DNA from: Deltaproteobacteria bacterium
Lineage (GTDB): Bacteria; Desulfobacterota; GWC2-55-46
Length of the DNA: 60,218 bases
NCBI GenBank assembly: GCA_016219115.1
Contig: JACRCH010000139.1
Span: 1 to 60,218 of the forward strand
Direction: 5' to 3'
The notes below the pieces were generated by a model, which worked only from the letters and a program-made list of their open reading frames with translations, ran no database searches and was not told the origin of the DNA. Position numbers and translations under genes: made by a program. This document shows positions 25,693 through 35,015 of this stretch, piece after piece (positions within the stretch are counted from its first letter, which is position 1; each line of letters opens with the position of its first letter).

Positions 25693-26963
25693 AGGGGGAG
25701 CGCGCAACGGGATTCAGGATGCGGCGCACCCTGCCCCCGGCGGCCGGGCCGAACCGTTTGAGGAACCTCCTGCACGCCGCGGGCGGCGCGTTATCGGGCG
25801 CGAGGGCATTAAAGAGGTTTGAAGGGGAGCTCAAGGAATACTTCGGCGTAAGACACGTCTTTCCGGTATCCTCGGGCAAGACAGCCCTCTTTGTCATACT
25901 CCGGGCCTTGAAGGCGCTCTCCCCGGAGAGGAGCACGGTGGTCATCCCGGCATACACCTGCTTTTCCGTGCCGTCCGCGGTCATAAAGGCCGGGCTCGAC
26001 GTCAAGCTGTGCGACATGGACCGGAAGACCATGGACTTCGATTACAATCTCCTTGCCGACGCGATAGGAAAAGACACCCTTTGCGTCGTGCCGGGCAATC
26101 TCTTCGGCATCCCGTCGGATGTCGAGAGGGTGCGGAGGCTCTGCGGGCCTCACGGGGCCTTTGTCGTGGAGGACGCCGCGCAGGCGATGGGTGTCAGGTA
26201 TAAAGGGCGGCTTGTGGGCACGGCCGGAGACGCGGGTTTTTTCAGCCTCGCCAGGGGAAAGAACATCACCTGCGGATCGGGCGGCGTCATCGTCACCGAT
26301 TCCGACAGGGTCGGCAAGGCCGTCAACGGCGTGTACTCCACCCTGCCCTCGCCCGGCGCCGCGGAAACGCTCAAGGAGTTCCTCATGGTCGTCGCCATGG
26401 ACGTATTCATCAACCCGTCGTTTTACTGGCTCCCGTCCGGCCTGCCATTTCTCAAGCTCGGGGAGACCAGGTTCTACAGGGACTTCCCCGTTGAGAGGCT
26501 CTCGGGTATGAAGGCTGGACTACTCAGGAACTGGAGGACGGAGCTTGAGTGGTCAAACAGGGTCCGGGCGGAGAACGCGGAGTATTTTCGCAGGGGGCTT
26601 GGGTTGCGCGACGCATACGGACGGACGCCGCTACTGCGTCTCCCGGTCGTTTTAGAGAGCGCCGAGGCAAGGGAGCGGGTCTGCTCCATCGCCAAAGGCA
26701 AGGGGCTAGGGGTAAGCAGGATGTATCCGTCGCCGGTAAATGAAATAGAGGAGATAAAAGAGCGGTTCTCCGGAGAAGAGTACCCCGGCGCGAAGACGGT
26801 GGCGGAGAGGCTCGTGACCATACCAACGCACCATCTCCTGAAAGACGGCGACAGGGCCGCGATCCGCGAACTCTTCCTCAAAACGGCGTCATGCCCCGCT
26901 CACGGACAGGACGCCGTCCGATTAAACACGCCGGCCAAGCCGGCGGGCCAACCCCGCTATTAA
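25689..26963 (+). CDS. DegT/DnrJ/EryC1-family PLP-dependent aminotransferase
   Basis: PLP-lysine region FFSLARGKNITCGSGGVIVT and VVEDAAQAMG. The start is either GTG 25689 (GTGA overlap with the upstream stop) or ATG 25719. Confidence 0.75.
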   Translation: MKGERATGFRMRRTLPPAAGPNRLRNLLHAAGGALSGARALKRFEGELKEYFGVRHVFPVSSGKTALFVILRALKALSPERSTVVIPAYTCFSVPSAVIKAGLDVKLCDMDRKTMDFDYNLLADAIGKDTLCVVPGNLFGIPSDVERVRRLCGPHGAFVVEDAAQAMGVRYKGRLVGTAGDAGFFSLARGKNITCGSGGVIVTDSDRVGKAVNGVYSTLPSPGAAETLKEFLMVVAMDVFINPSFYWLPSGLPFLKLGETRFYRDFPVERLSGMKAGLLRNWRTELEWSNRVRAENAEYFRRGLGLRDAYGRTPLLRLPVVLESAEARERVCSIAKGKGLGVSRMYPSPVNEIEEIKERFSGEEYPGAKTVAERLVTIPTHHLLKDGDRAAIRELFLKTASCPAHGQDAVRLNTPAKPAGQPRY

Positions 26964-26979
26964 TGTCCATCGGGACGAC

Positions 26980-28110
26980 GTGATGTTAAAGATAATCCTC
27001 TGGTCATCCATCATATTTGTCTTTTACGCCTACTTCGGCTACCCGCTTCTGCTTACCGCGCTCTCTCTCGTAAGGAAAAAGGCGGTAAGGAAGGCGGACT
27101 TCACCCCTCGGATATCTTTCATAATAGCGGCGCACAATGAGGAGAAGCGCATCGGCGAGAAGATAAAAAACACCCTTGAGCAGGACTACCCCAAAGACCT
27201 GCTTGAGGTTATCGTCGCCTCGGACGCCTCCACTGACGGCACCGACGGGATAGTCCGGTCATATCAATCAAGCGGCGTCAGGCTTGTCAGGGCGCCCGAG
27301 CGCAGGGGCAAGGAGAACGCGCAGAAGTTGGCGGTGGACGCGGCCTCGGGCGAGATACTCGTATTCTCCGACGCGGCTACAGGGCTGGAGCGCGACGGGG
27401 TGAGGAAGATCGCGCGGAACTTCAACGACCCGTCCGTCGGGTGCGTCAGCAGCGTCGACAGGTTCATCGGCAGGGACGGCAGGGTAAGCGGCGAAGGCGC
27501 CTACGTCAAATACGAGATGTTCCTGCGGGACCTCGAGACCGGGACCGGCACGCTCGTGGGCCTGAGCGGGTCTTTCTTCGCCGCCCGCAAGGAGCTATGC
27601 CACCCGTGGATAGCCGACCTGCAGAGCGATTTCAACACGCTTATCAATTCCGTCAAAAGGGGCTACAGGGGCGTAAGCGACCCGGACTCCATCGGGTACT
27701 ATCAGGACCTGAGCGATGAAAAAAGGGAATTCTCCCGCAAGGTAAGGACCGTGGCGAGGGGCATACGGGTCTTCATGAAGAGCCTGCCTCTGCTCAACCC
27801 CTTCAGGTACGGCCTTTTCTCGCTACAGCTGTTCACGCACAAGCTCTGCAGGTGGTTCGTCCCGTTCGCGCTCCTGTCGGCCCTGATAAGCAGTGTCTTG
27901 CTCGCCGGCGCATCGCGTTACTATATCTACCTGCTGATGACGCAGGCCGCGTTCTATGTATTCGCCGTCCTGGGGTTCTGGACGCGCTCCGAAAAAAAGG
28001 TCCTCAAGATCCCGTTTTTTTTCGTGCTGGTAAACTTGTCCATCCTCATAGCCTGGTATAAGTACCTGAGAGGCGAGACCTTCGTGAAGTGGGAGCCTTC
28101 TACACGTTGA
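26980..28110 (+). CDS. membrane-bound family-2 glycosyltransferase
   Basis: ISFIIAAHNEEKRIGEKI...VIVASDASTDGTD, preceded by an N-terminal TM and followed by C-terminal TM helices. Confidence 0.8.
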   Translation: MMLKIILWSSIIFVFYAYFGYPLLLTALSLVRKKAVRKADFTPRISFIIAAHNEEKRIGEKIKNTLEQDYPKDLLEVIVASDASTDGTDGIVRSYQSSGVRLVRAPERRGKENAQKLAVDAASGEILVFSDAATGLERDGVRKIARNFNDPSVGCVSSVDRFIGRDGRVSGEGAYVKYEMFLRDLETGTGTLVGLSGSFFAARKELCHPWIADLQSDFNTLINSVKRGYRGVSDPDSIGYYQDLSDEKREFSRKVRTVARGIRVFMKSLPLLNPFRYGLFSLQLFTHKLCRWFVPFALLSALISSVLLAGASRYYIYLLMTQAAFYVFAVLGFWTRSEKKVLKIPFFFVLVNLSILIAWYKYLRGETFVKWEPSTR

Positions 28111-29180
28111 GAGCGCCAGCGGTAAAAAAAAGCCTCAATTCAAACCTGCGCGCCCTCGGCGGCTGGATGTGCGGCATATCAGGGGCGCACAGGGCCCTTC
28201 ACAGGGGCAAGGTCGTCATACTGATGTACCACAGGGTCTTGAGGGACGATGACGAGGCCATACCGCACATGCAACCCGGCATGTACGTCACCGAATCCTC
28301 CTTCGAACGGCAGATGGGCTACGTAAGCGCCAATTACGAGGTGATATCCGTAGCGGACCTTATCCTGTCGCTTGATAAGGGCGGCCTTGACCCCGGCAAG
28401 AGATACTGCATCGTGACCTTTGACGACGGCTGGAGGGACAATTTCCTCCACGCGTACCCTGTCATGAAAAGGCGGGGGATCCAGGCCACAATCTTTCTTA
28501 CGACAGGGTTCATCGGAACCGGAAAGTGGTTCTGGCACGAGAAGGCGCGCTACCTCTTTATGCACGGGAGAAACGACGCGGCGCGTATCTGCCGGGAACT
28601 TTTGGCCTCAGGAAAAGCCTCCGGCGATATCATCTCATCCGTTCTCGGCGCTATCGAGGATACGGAAGGGGCCGAGGGCCATGCCGTCACTGACGCCGTA
28701 GTCGAAAGGCTGAAGGCCTTCGGCGAAACATCCATCGAGGATTCGTTGAAAAGGATATACGAGCCGCTCGGCCTGAGAGCGCCGGATGATAGGGTCTTTC
28801 TCAACTGGCACGAGGTCGAGGAGATGTCAAAGTCCGGTATTTCCTTCGGCTCCCACACCCGCACACACAGACTGCTTACAACCCTTGCGCCGGGCGAGGC
28901 GCGGGAGGAGCTCGAAGGGTCTCTGCGCGATCTTTCGGGCGGAAAGATAAACCGCGTCCCCGCCTTCTGTTACCCGAACGGGAACCTCGATGACGGGATA
29001 GTGAAGATGGTGAAAGAGTGCGGCTACCTGGCCGCGTTCACCACCAGCTTCGGTTTCGAGGACGCGCTCCCCGAAGACCCCTTCAGGATGAAGAGGATAG
29101 GTGTGCATAACGACGTCAGCTCGTCCATCCCGCTCTTCGCCTTTCACCTTTCGGGGCTCAGGCATAAACTCCGGCTGTGA
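28089..29180 (+). CDS. polysaccharide deacetylase (NodB homology)
   Basis: IVTFDDGWRDNFLHAYPVMKRRGIQATIF and FGSHTRTH. Start uncertain (28089 overlaps the upstream gene; alternative ATG 28167). Confidence 0.75.
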   Translation: MGAFYTLRAPAVKKSLNSNLRALGGWMCGISGAHRALHRGKVVILMYHRVLRDDDEAIPHMQPGMYVTESSFERQMGYVSANYEVISVADLILSLDKGGLDPGKRYCIVTFDDGWRDNFLHAYPVMKRRGIQATIFLTTGFIGTGKWFWHEKARYLFMHGRNDAARICRELLASGKASGDIISSVLGAIEDTEGAEGHAVTDAVVERLKAFGETSIEDSLKRIYEPLGLRAPDDRVFLNWHEVEEMSKSGISFGSHTRTHRLLTTLAPGEAREELEGSLRDLSGGKINRVPAFCYPNGNLDDGIVKMVKECGYLAAFTTSFGFEDALPEDPFRMKRIGVHNDVSSSIPLFAFHLSGLRHKLRL

Positions 29181-29231
29181 GCCCGACGCGGACTAAAAAA
29201 TCCATGCCGCTCAACCATACGGAGGCCACAC

Positions 29232-30083
29232 ATGAAGAACCTGCCACTCTATCTCGTTGCTATCTCCGCGGTTGCGGTCATGTCCGGATGCGTCAGGGAG
29301 AATATGCAGGCTGAAACGACGGTGCTCCCCTCAATCAATGACGTGGCCCCCTCCGCGTGGGCGAAGCTCAACGGGGAGAGGATATACTTCGGCCATCAGT
29401 CCGTCGGGGATAACGTCCTCTCAGGCATTGAGGATATAATGAAGGCCAACGGCGGCATCAGGCTCAAGATCATGAAAACCACGGATACAGCGGCCTTCAA
29501 CGGTCCCGTGTTCGCGCATTCATACGTCGGGACCAACGGCGACCCCGGCTCAAAGATCGAGGCGTTCCGGAAGATCATGGAAAGCGGCGTCGGCGGCAAG
29601 GCGGGCATTGCCTTCGTAAAGCTCTGCTTCTGGGACATAAGGAGCCGGACGGACGTGGAAAAGACATTCGCGCTGTACAGGAAGACACTCACAGAGCTTA
29701 AGGCCGAATACCCGAAGACGGTATTTGTCCATTTCACAGTGCCCCTGATGTCGTATCCCGGCGGCCTGTCCAACGGCGTCAAGCGCCTCTTTGGCCTCCC
29801 GGTCGGCCCTGACCTCGACAACATGAGGCGCAATGAACTCAACAGGCTGATACTGAAGGAATACGGCGGCAAGGAGCCTGTGTTCGATATAGCCCTTGTG
29901 GAATCGACCCTGCCTGACGGGACGCGCGCCTTCTTCACGAAAAACGGCGAACGTTACTACTGCCTCGCCCAAAGGTATTCGCGCGACGGCGGCCATCTTA
30001 ACGAGGAAGGGAAGAGGCTCGTGGCGGAACAACTCCTGATAAGGCTTACTCGCCTGACCGGGACGGATTGGGGCTATTTGTAG
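29232..30083 (+). CDS. lipoprotein, possible SGNH/GDSL-like esterase
   Basis: Lipobox VAVMSGC. FGHQSVG near the N-terminus and RDGGHLNEEGKRLVAEQL near the C-terminus resemble SGNH blocks I and V. Weak call. Confidence 0.4.
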   Translation: MKNLPLYLVAISAVAVMSGCVRENMQAETTVLPSINDVAPSAWAKLNGERIYFGHQSVGDNVLSGIEDIMKANGGIRLKIMKTTDTAAFNGPVFAHSYVGTNGDPGSKIEAFRKIMESGVGGKAGIAFVKLCFWDIRSRTDVEKTFALYRKTLTELKAEYPKTVFVHFTVPLMSYPGGLSNGVKRLFGLPVGPDLDNMRRNELNRLILKEYGGKEPVFDIALVESTLPDGTRAFFTKNGERYYCLAQRYSRDGGHLNEEGKRLVAEQLLIRLTRLTGTDWGYL

Positions 30084-30641
30084 ATGGGGATATACTCATT
30101 TGTCAAAGGCATATACCACGCCATGGAGGAGAAGCGGCGCGGGAAGTACATCGACAACCTGCTCGCCAGGGGCCTGAAGCTCGGCAATAACGTCGAGATA
30201 ATAAGCAACTTCTTCTTCGACCCTTCACATTGCTTCCTTATCTCCATAGGCGATAACTGCACCATCTGCCCGAACGTGAGGCTTATAGCGCACGACGCGA
30301 GCACCAAGAAGATACTCGGCTACACGAAGATCGGCAGGATAGACATAATGGAGGACTGCTTTATCGGGGACTCGGCCATAGTGCTCCCCAACGTCAGGAT
30401 AGGGCCGGGCTCCATCGTGGGCTCGGGGTCGGTCGTTACAAAGGACGTGCCGGCGGGCATGATCGCCGCCGGGAACCCGGCCAGGGTCATCTCCTCCGTG
30501 GACGAATACATCAGAAAGATCAAATCTATGAGCAGGGACAAGAAGATATTCGGCGAGGAGTACTACATAGAGCGCCTCGATGACGCCAAACGAAAAGAGA
30601 TAATACAGTCTATCGGAGATTCGATAGGCTTCATAGTCTGA
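30084..30641 (+). CDS. hexapeptide-repeat (LbH) O-acetyltransferase
   Basis: Left-handed beta-helix repeats ...IGDSAIVLPNVRIGPGSIVGSGSVVTKDVPAGMIAAGNPARVI. Confidence 0.8.
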   Translation: MGIYSFVKGIYHAMEEKRRGKYIDNLLARGLKLGNNVEIISNFFFDPSHCFLISIGDNCTICPNVRLIAHDASTKKILGYTKIGRIDIMEDCFIGDSAIVLPNVRIGPGSIVGSGSVVTKDVPAGMIAAGNPARVISSVDEYIRKIKSMSRDKKIFGEEYYIERLDDAKRKEIIQSIGDSIGFIV

Positions 30642-30642
30642 C

Positions 30643-31662
30643 ATGCCGAAATTCAGAATAATTAAAGCCGACCCTTTGGAGTATAAAGCGCGGATAGTGC
30701 GGTTCTGGCAGGAGTATCTGCCCGGCACCCCTCCGGAGCGCTTTGACTGGATGCGGACAAACCCCGCGGGCCCGGCGATATGGTTCTTTGCGATAGATGA
30801 AAAGACCTCCACGCTCGCCGGCGCCATATCCCTTATGCCCAAGGATATTCTTGTAAACGGCCGTCCGATGCGGGCCGGGATCATGGGGGACTACATGATA
30901 GGGAGCCGATACCGCGTCTTCGGCCCGGCCCTCGACCTGCAAAGGGCGGTCACGAAGGATTTTTCAGACCTCGGGTTCAGTTTCATCTATACCGTGCCCA
31001 ATCAGGCGTCAATAAAGATAATCGAGAGGATGGGCTTTGTCGAGGTACTGCGCCTGCGCACACTGGTAAAGCCGGTCAAGGCGCTCCCTTACCTGAAAAA
31101 ATACGTCAACCCGGCGGTGGCGCGGTTGACGGCGCCTGTGGCCGAGTTGGCGATGAAGATACGCTCCAGAGAGACCTACGTCGCCTCGGACGGGGTATTC
31201 GAGGAGGTGGAGGAGGCGGACGGCCGGTTCGACAGGTTCTGGCGGGACTTCAAAGCGGACCACATGGGCGTAACGGGCGAGCAGGGCTCGTCGTACCTTC
31301 AATGGAAGTACTTCAATAACCCGGTAAAGAATTTCCGCATCCTTGCCTGCGTGGAGGACGGGGACGGCGGCCTCCTCGGCTATATCTGTTTCGCCGTCAA
31401 TAACGATAAGATGGAGATCCACGACATCGTCGCCCGCGAGGAACGTCATGCGGACAAGCTTTTGAAACAGCTGATAATCAAGGCTGGCAGGGAGCGGTGC
31501 AAGTACATCTCCATAATGCTGTCGGAAAAGAGCCCGTGGGTGAAGAGGCTCAAGGCTTTTCTCTTCCTCGACGCGAATAGTCACGCAAGCGTCTACTGCT
31601 ACGGGGACATGGATGCGGTTGCCGAAAAATGGCATTTTTTCGAGGGCGAAAGGAATATTTAG
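30643..31662 (+). CDS. GNAT-fold acyltransferase-like protein
   Basis: 339-aa ORF with two GNAT-like halves (e.g. ...LLGYICFAVNNDKMEIHDIVAREERHADKLLKQLI). Called by eye only. Confidence 0.45.
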   Translation: MPKFRIIKADPLEYKARIVRFWQEYLPGTPPERFDWMRTNPAGPAIWFFAIDEKTSTLAGAISLMPKDILVNGRPMRAGIMGDYMIGSRYRVFGPALDLQRAVTKDFSDLGFSFIYTVPNQASIKIIERMGFVEVLRLRTLVKPVKALPYLKKYVNPAVARLTAPVAELAMKIRSRETYVASDGVFEEVEEADGRFDRFWRDFKADHMGVTGEQGSSYLQWKYFNNPVKNFRILACVEDGDGGLLGYICFAVNNDKMEIHDIVAREERHADKLLKQLIIKAGRERCKYISIMLSEKSPWVKRLKAFLFLDANSHASVYCYGDMDAVAEKWHFFEGERNI

Positions 31663-31677
31663 CCCTCCGTGCCTCCC

Positions 31678-32787
31678 ATGAAGAAATTGCGCCTGATGCA
31701 AATAACACACGACCTCGCCATAGGCGGGCTCCAACAGGTCGTTGTAAGCATATGCAAGACTATCGACAGGGACCGCTTCGACGTCTCGGTGCTCTGCCTC
31801 AGGGAATTGGGCGACTTCGCCGGCGACGTCAGGAGGCTCGGGATAAAGGTGATCCATCTGCCGCAGAAAAAGGGCGGCGTTGATTATCTCTCTTTCTTGA
31901 AGGTAGCCTGGGTTCTCAGGCGGGAGAGGACGGAGATCATCCATACCCATAATACCCAGCCGTTTATCGACGGGACGATAGGCGCGCTCATGTCAGGGGT
32001 CAAGACGATCGTCCACACGGACCACGGCAGGCCGTTCCCGGACAAGAGGAGGTATATGCTTGCGGAAAGGCTGATGTCGCACTTCGCGTACAGGGTCGTA
32101 GGGGTGTCCGACTATACCTCGCAGGCCCTCATAAAGTATGAAAAGATATCCCCCGCCAAGGTCGTCACGATAATAAACGGCATAGACATGTCGAAGTACG
32201 ATATCCATGTGGATAAGGCAAAAAAGAGAAGGGAACTCGGCATAACAAATGAGGGGCAGGTCATAGGCGTAGGCGCAAGGCTTGTGGAGCAGAAAGGACT
32301 GCAATATCTGATAAGGGCTATGCCGGCGATAATCAGGGAATTCCCCGGTATAACCCTTGTTATCGCCGGAGAGGGCGCATATGCGCAGACCCTGAAGAAC
32401 GAGGCCAGAGGGGCGGGCGTTGACGGAAGCGTCATATTCGCGGGGCCGAGGCTCGATATGCCGGAATTGCTCAAGCTCTTCGATGTATACGTCCTGCCGT
32501 CGCTGTGGGAGGGGCTCCCAATGGTGATACTCGAGGCAATGGCCTCCGGGTGCCCCGTCATAGCCACCAATGTCGGGGGTATCTCCATGGCGATAGAACA
32601 CGAAAAAAACGGGCTACTGGTCGCGCCAGGGGACCCGGCGCCGCTGTCAAGGGAGATAATAAGGCTTTTAAGGGACAGGGAGCTTGGAGGCCTTTACAGC
32701 GCAAGGAGCTTGAAAATCTTCAAGGAGCGGTTCAGCGCTGAGATTATGACGAAGAAGTACCAGGGCCTGTACCTTAGAGAGACGTAA
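31678..32787 (+). CDS. family-4 (GT-B) glycosyltransferase
   Basis: EX7E-type region PSLWEGLPMVILEAMASGCPVIATNVGG. ATG 31678 (the ORF opens at GTG 31669). Confidence 0.8.
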   Translation: MKKLRLMQITHDLAIGGLQQVVVSICKTIDRDRFDVSVLCLRELGDFAGDVRRLGIKVIHLPQKKGGVDYLSFLKVAWVLRRERTEIIHTHNTQPFIDGTIGALMSGVKTIVHTDHGRPFPDKRRYMLAERLMSHFAYRVVGVSDYTSQALIKYEKISPAKVVTIINGIDMSKYDIHVDKAKKRRELGITNEGQVIGVGARLVEQKGLQYLIRAMPAIIREFPGITLVIAGEGAYAQTLKNEARGAGVDGSVIFAGPRLDMPELLKLFDVYVLPSLWEGLPMVILEAMASGCPVIATNVGGISMAIEHEKNGLLVAPGDPAPLSREIIRLLRDRELGGLYSARSLKIFKERFSAEIMTKKYQGLYLRET

Positions 32788-32824
32788 CGGTTTACTTCCG
32801 CTTTCATACCGCGAGCCGACAACC

Positions 32825-33829
32825 TTGAAGCTGATAATAACCATCGATACGGAAGAAGACAACTGGGGTTGTTTTCAGCATGCCAGGCACACGGTAGAGA
32901 ACATAGGCAGGCTATCCTCCGTACAGGAGCTCTTTGACGAGTTTAATGTCAGGCCCACTTATCTGATCACGTATCCCGTGGCCGCGGACGAAAAGGCCGT
33001 CTCCATACTGAGGGCGATTGAGCAGTCCGGCAGGTGCGAAATAGGGGCGCACTGCCATGCATGGTCCACGCCTCCCTTTGAGGAGGCGGAGGACGAGAAA
33101 AACAGCATGCTCTGCAACCTCCCGGCCGGCCTGCAATTCAAGAAGCTCAGAACTTTGCATGAGACTATCATAAAAAACCTCGGCATAGCGCCCGTCTCGT
33201 TCAGGAGCGGCAGGTGGGACTACAACCATGACGTCGCCAGAAACCTCTACAGGCTCGGCTACACGATCGACACCTCGATAACTCCGTATACGGATTGGAC
33301 GAAGTACCACGGGACAGACTTCTCGGATATCTCCGCCGAGCCTTTTGCCTACTGTGACGGATTTGAGAAAAGGGCCTCCTCCCCATACGGCCTGATAGAG
33401 GTCCCGGCCACCATCGATTACCTCCAGGAACATACCGGGCTTAACCGCCGTATAAAAAAACTTGTTGCCGCGAAGTCCTTCAGCGGTTTGAGGCTTACGG
33501 GGATACTTTACAGGCTCAATATCGTCAATAAGGTCATGCTCTGCCCTGAAATATTCGGTAGCAAGGATATGATAGCCCTGACAAAAAAGATGGTTAAAAG
33601 AGGGCATAAGGTCGTCAACATGTTCTTTCATTCCCCCACCCTCACTCCGGGGCTTACGCCGTTTGTCCGGACAACGGATGACGTGAAACGTTTTCTCCGC
33701 ACCATCAGGGAGTATCTGGAGTTCGCGAGGGACAACGGCATCGGCTCCATAAAATTGTCCGAATCCGTGGATGTCCTGCGCAATGACGGAAGCCCTTTAC
33801 GTACCTTCAACCCTTTTAAACGTTCCTGA
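32825..33829 (+). CDS. WalW-like polysaccharide-deacetylase-fold protein
   Basis: TTG start. The N-terminus KLIITIDTEEDNW and the later GAHCHAW resemble deacetylase-fold WalW-type proteins (recollection). Confidence 0.45.
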   Translation: MKLIITIDTEEDNWGCFQHARHTVENIGRLSSVQELFDEFNVRPTYLITYPVAADEKAVSILRAIEQSGRCEIGAHCHAWSTPPFEEAEDEKNSMLCNLPAGLQFKKLRTLHETIIKNLGIAPVSFRSGRWDYNHDVARNLYRLGYTIDTSITPYTDWTKYHGTDFSDISAEPFAYCDGFEKRASSPYGLIEVPATIDYLQEHTGLNRRIKKLVAAKSFSGLRLTGILYRLNIVNKVMLCPEIFGSKDMIALTKKMVKRGHKVVNMFFHSPTLTPGLTPFVRTTDDVKRFLRTIREYLEFARDNGIGSIKLSESVDVLRNDGSPLRTFNPFKRS

Positions 33830-33877
33830 ACCGGAGAGAGGTACACACGGGGCGTTTCATGCAAATCCCCTCACCTT

Positions 33878-35008
33878 ATGTATAACGTGCGTTTGATAAG
33901 TTCCACTGAAGGATTCGCCCTTCTTGAAGGGATGTGGAACAGGTTGTTGTCCGTATCGCAGGCGAACAACTATTTTTTGCGATGGGAATGGCTGTGGAAC
34001 TGGTGGCATGTCTTCAATACCCCCGGAGACCGGCTCGCCATACTGGTCGTCGAGGAAGGAGATGAGGCCGTCGCTATCGCCCCTTTTTATGCGAAGAAGA
34101 GTCTTGCCGGGGGTATCCTTCCGGCAAGGCTCCTGATGTTCCTCGGCACCCAGGACGGCCCCGAGGGCGATGTCGGCTCAGATTATATGGACATAATCTG
34201 CAAGGAAGGCGCGGAAGGAGCGGTTATAGACGCCGTTTTTGAGTATATCGCCGTCAATAATCTCTGCGATGAGATATTCCTCTCAAAGGTCGCCGCTTCA
34301 TCGAATGCCTACGGGCTTATCATGGAGAAGGGCGACGCCATGGGGTTCCTTACGGAAGTGGCGAACGAGTTCATAAGCCCCTATATAAAACTCCCGTCGA
34401 GTTGGGACGATTATCTCGGGAGCCTCTCGGCCTCGATGCGTTACAAGATAAGGAACGAACGGCGCAAGCTCCAAAGGTCCCATCAGGCGGTCTTCAGTAA
34501 GGCGCGACGCGCCGAAGACCTCGGCCTATTCCTCGGGGAGCTTATAAAGCTCCATCAGTCCAGGTGGACCTCGAAGGGGATGGAGGGCGCCTTTTCCAAT
34601 CAAAAATTCGTCGAGTTCCATGAGAGGGTCCTGCCCATCATGCTCAAAAACGGGCACCTCGACCTGATCCTGCTCTCCGACAACGGGATAATCAGGGGCG
34701 CGATATATAATATAGTCTATAACGATAAAATATACTTCTATCAGTCAGGCATAGACGTGGAAAAGAGCGCCGTGTCATACGGCTTTGTCCTGCACAGCCA
34801 CTGCATAGAGGATGCGATACAGAGAGGGCTGAAGGAGTACGACTTCCTGCCCAAGGGCGGGACGGACGACTACAAGGAACGCTACACCAACGGCCTCCGG
34901 AGGGTGTCCGACATATACATGGCCTTGAGCAGGCCGGTCAAATATTGCGTTGCCGCGAAAAAAGGCGCGCGCCTTGCCTACCGACTCATCAAGCCTGTGC
35001 GGAATTGA
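33878..35008 (+). CDS. CelD/BcsL-like GNAT (Acetyltransf_6) protein
   Basis: FLRWEWLWNWWHVF near the N-terminus and a C-terminal ...EYDFLPKGGTDDYKERY motif. Confidence 0.6.
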   Translation: MYNVRLISSTEGFALLEGMWNRLLSVSQANNYFLRWEWLWNWWHVFNTPGDRLAILVVEEGDEAVAIAPFYAKKSLAGGILPARLLMFLGTQDGPEGDVGSDYMDIICKEGAEGAVIDAVFEYIAVNNLCDEIFLSKVAASSNAYGLIMEKGDAMGFLTEVANEFISPYIKLPSSWDDYLGSLSASMRYKIRNERRKLQRSHQAVFSKARRAEDLGLFLGELIKLHQSRWTSKGMEGAFSNQKFVEFHERVLPIMLKNGHLDLILLSDNGIIRGAIYNIVYNDKIYFYQSGIDVEKSAVSYGFVLHSHCIEDAIQRGLKEYDFLPKGGTDDYKERYTNGLRRVSDIYMALSRPVKYCVAAKKGARLAYRLIKPVRN

Positions 35009-35015
35009 GGCCCGC

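Noticed and set aside
31009-31950. 313-aa ORF antisense to the GNAT/GT4 genes
   Set aside because: A shadow ORF opposite motif-supported genes.
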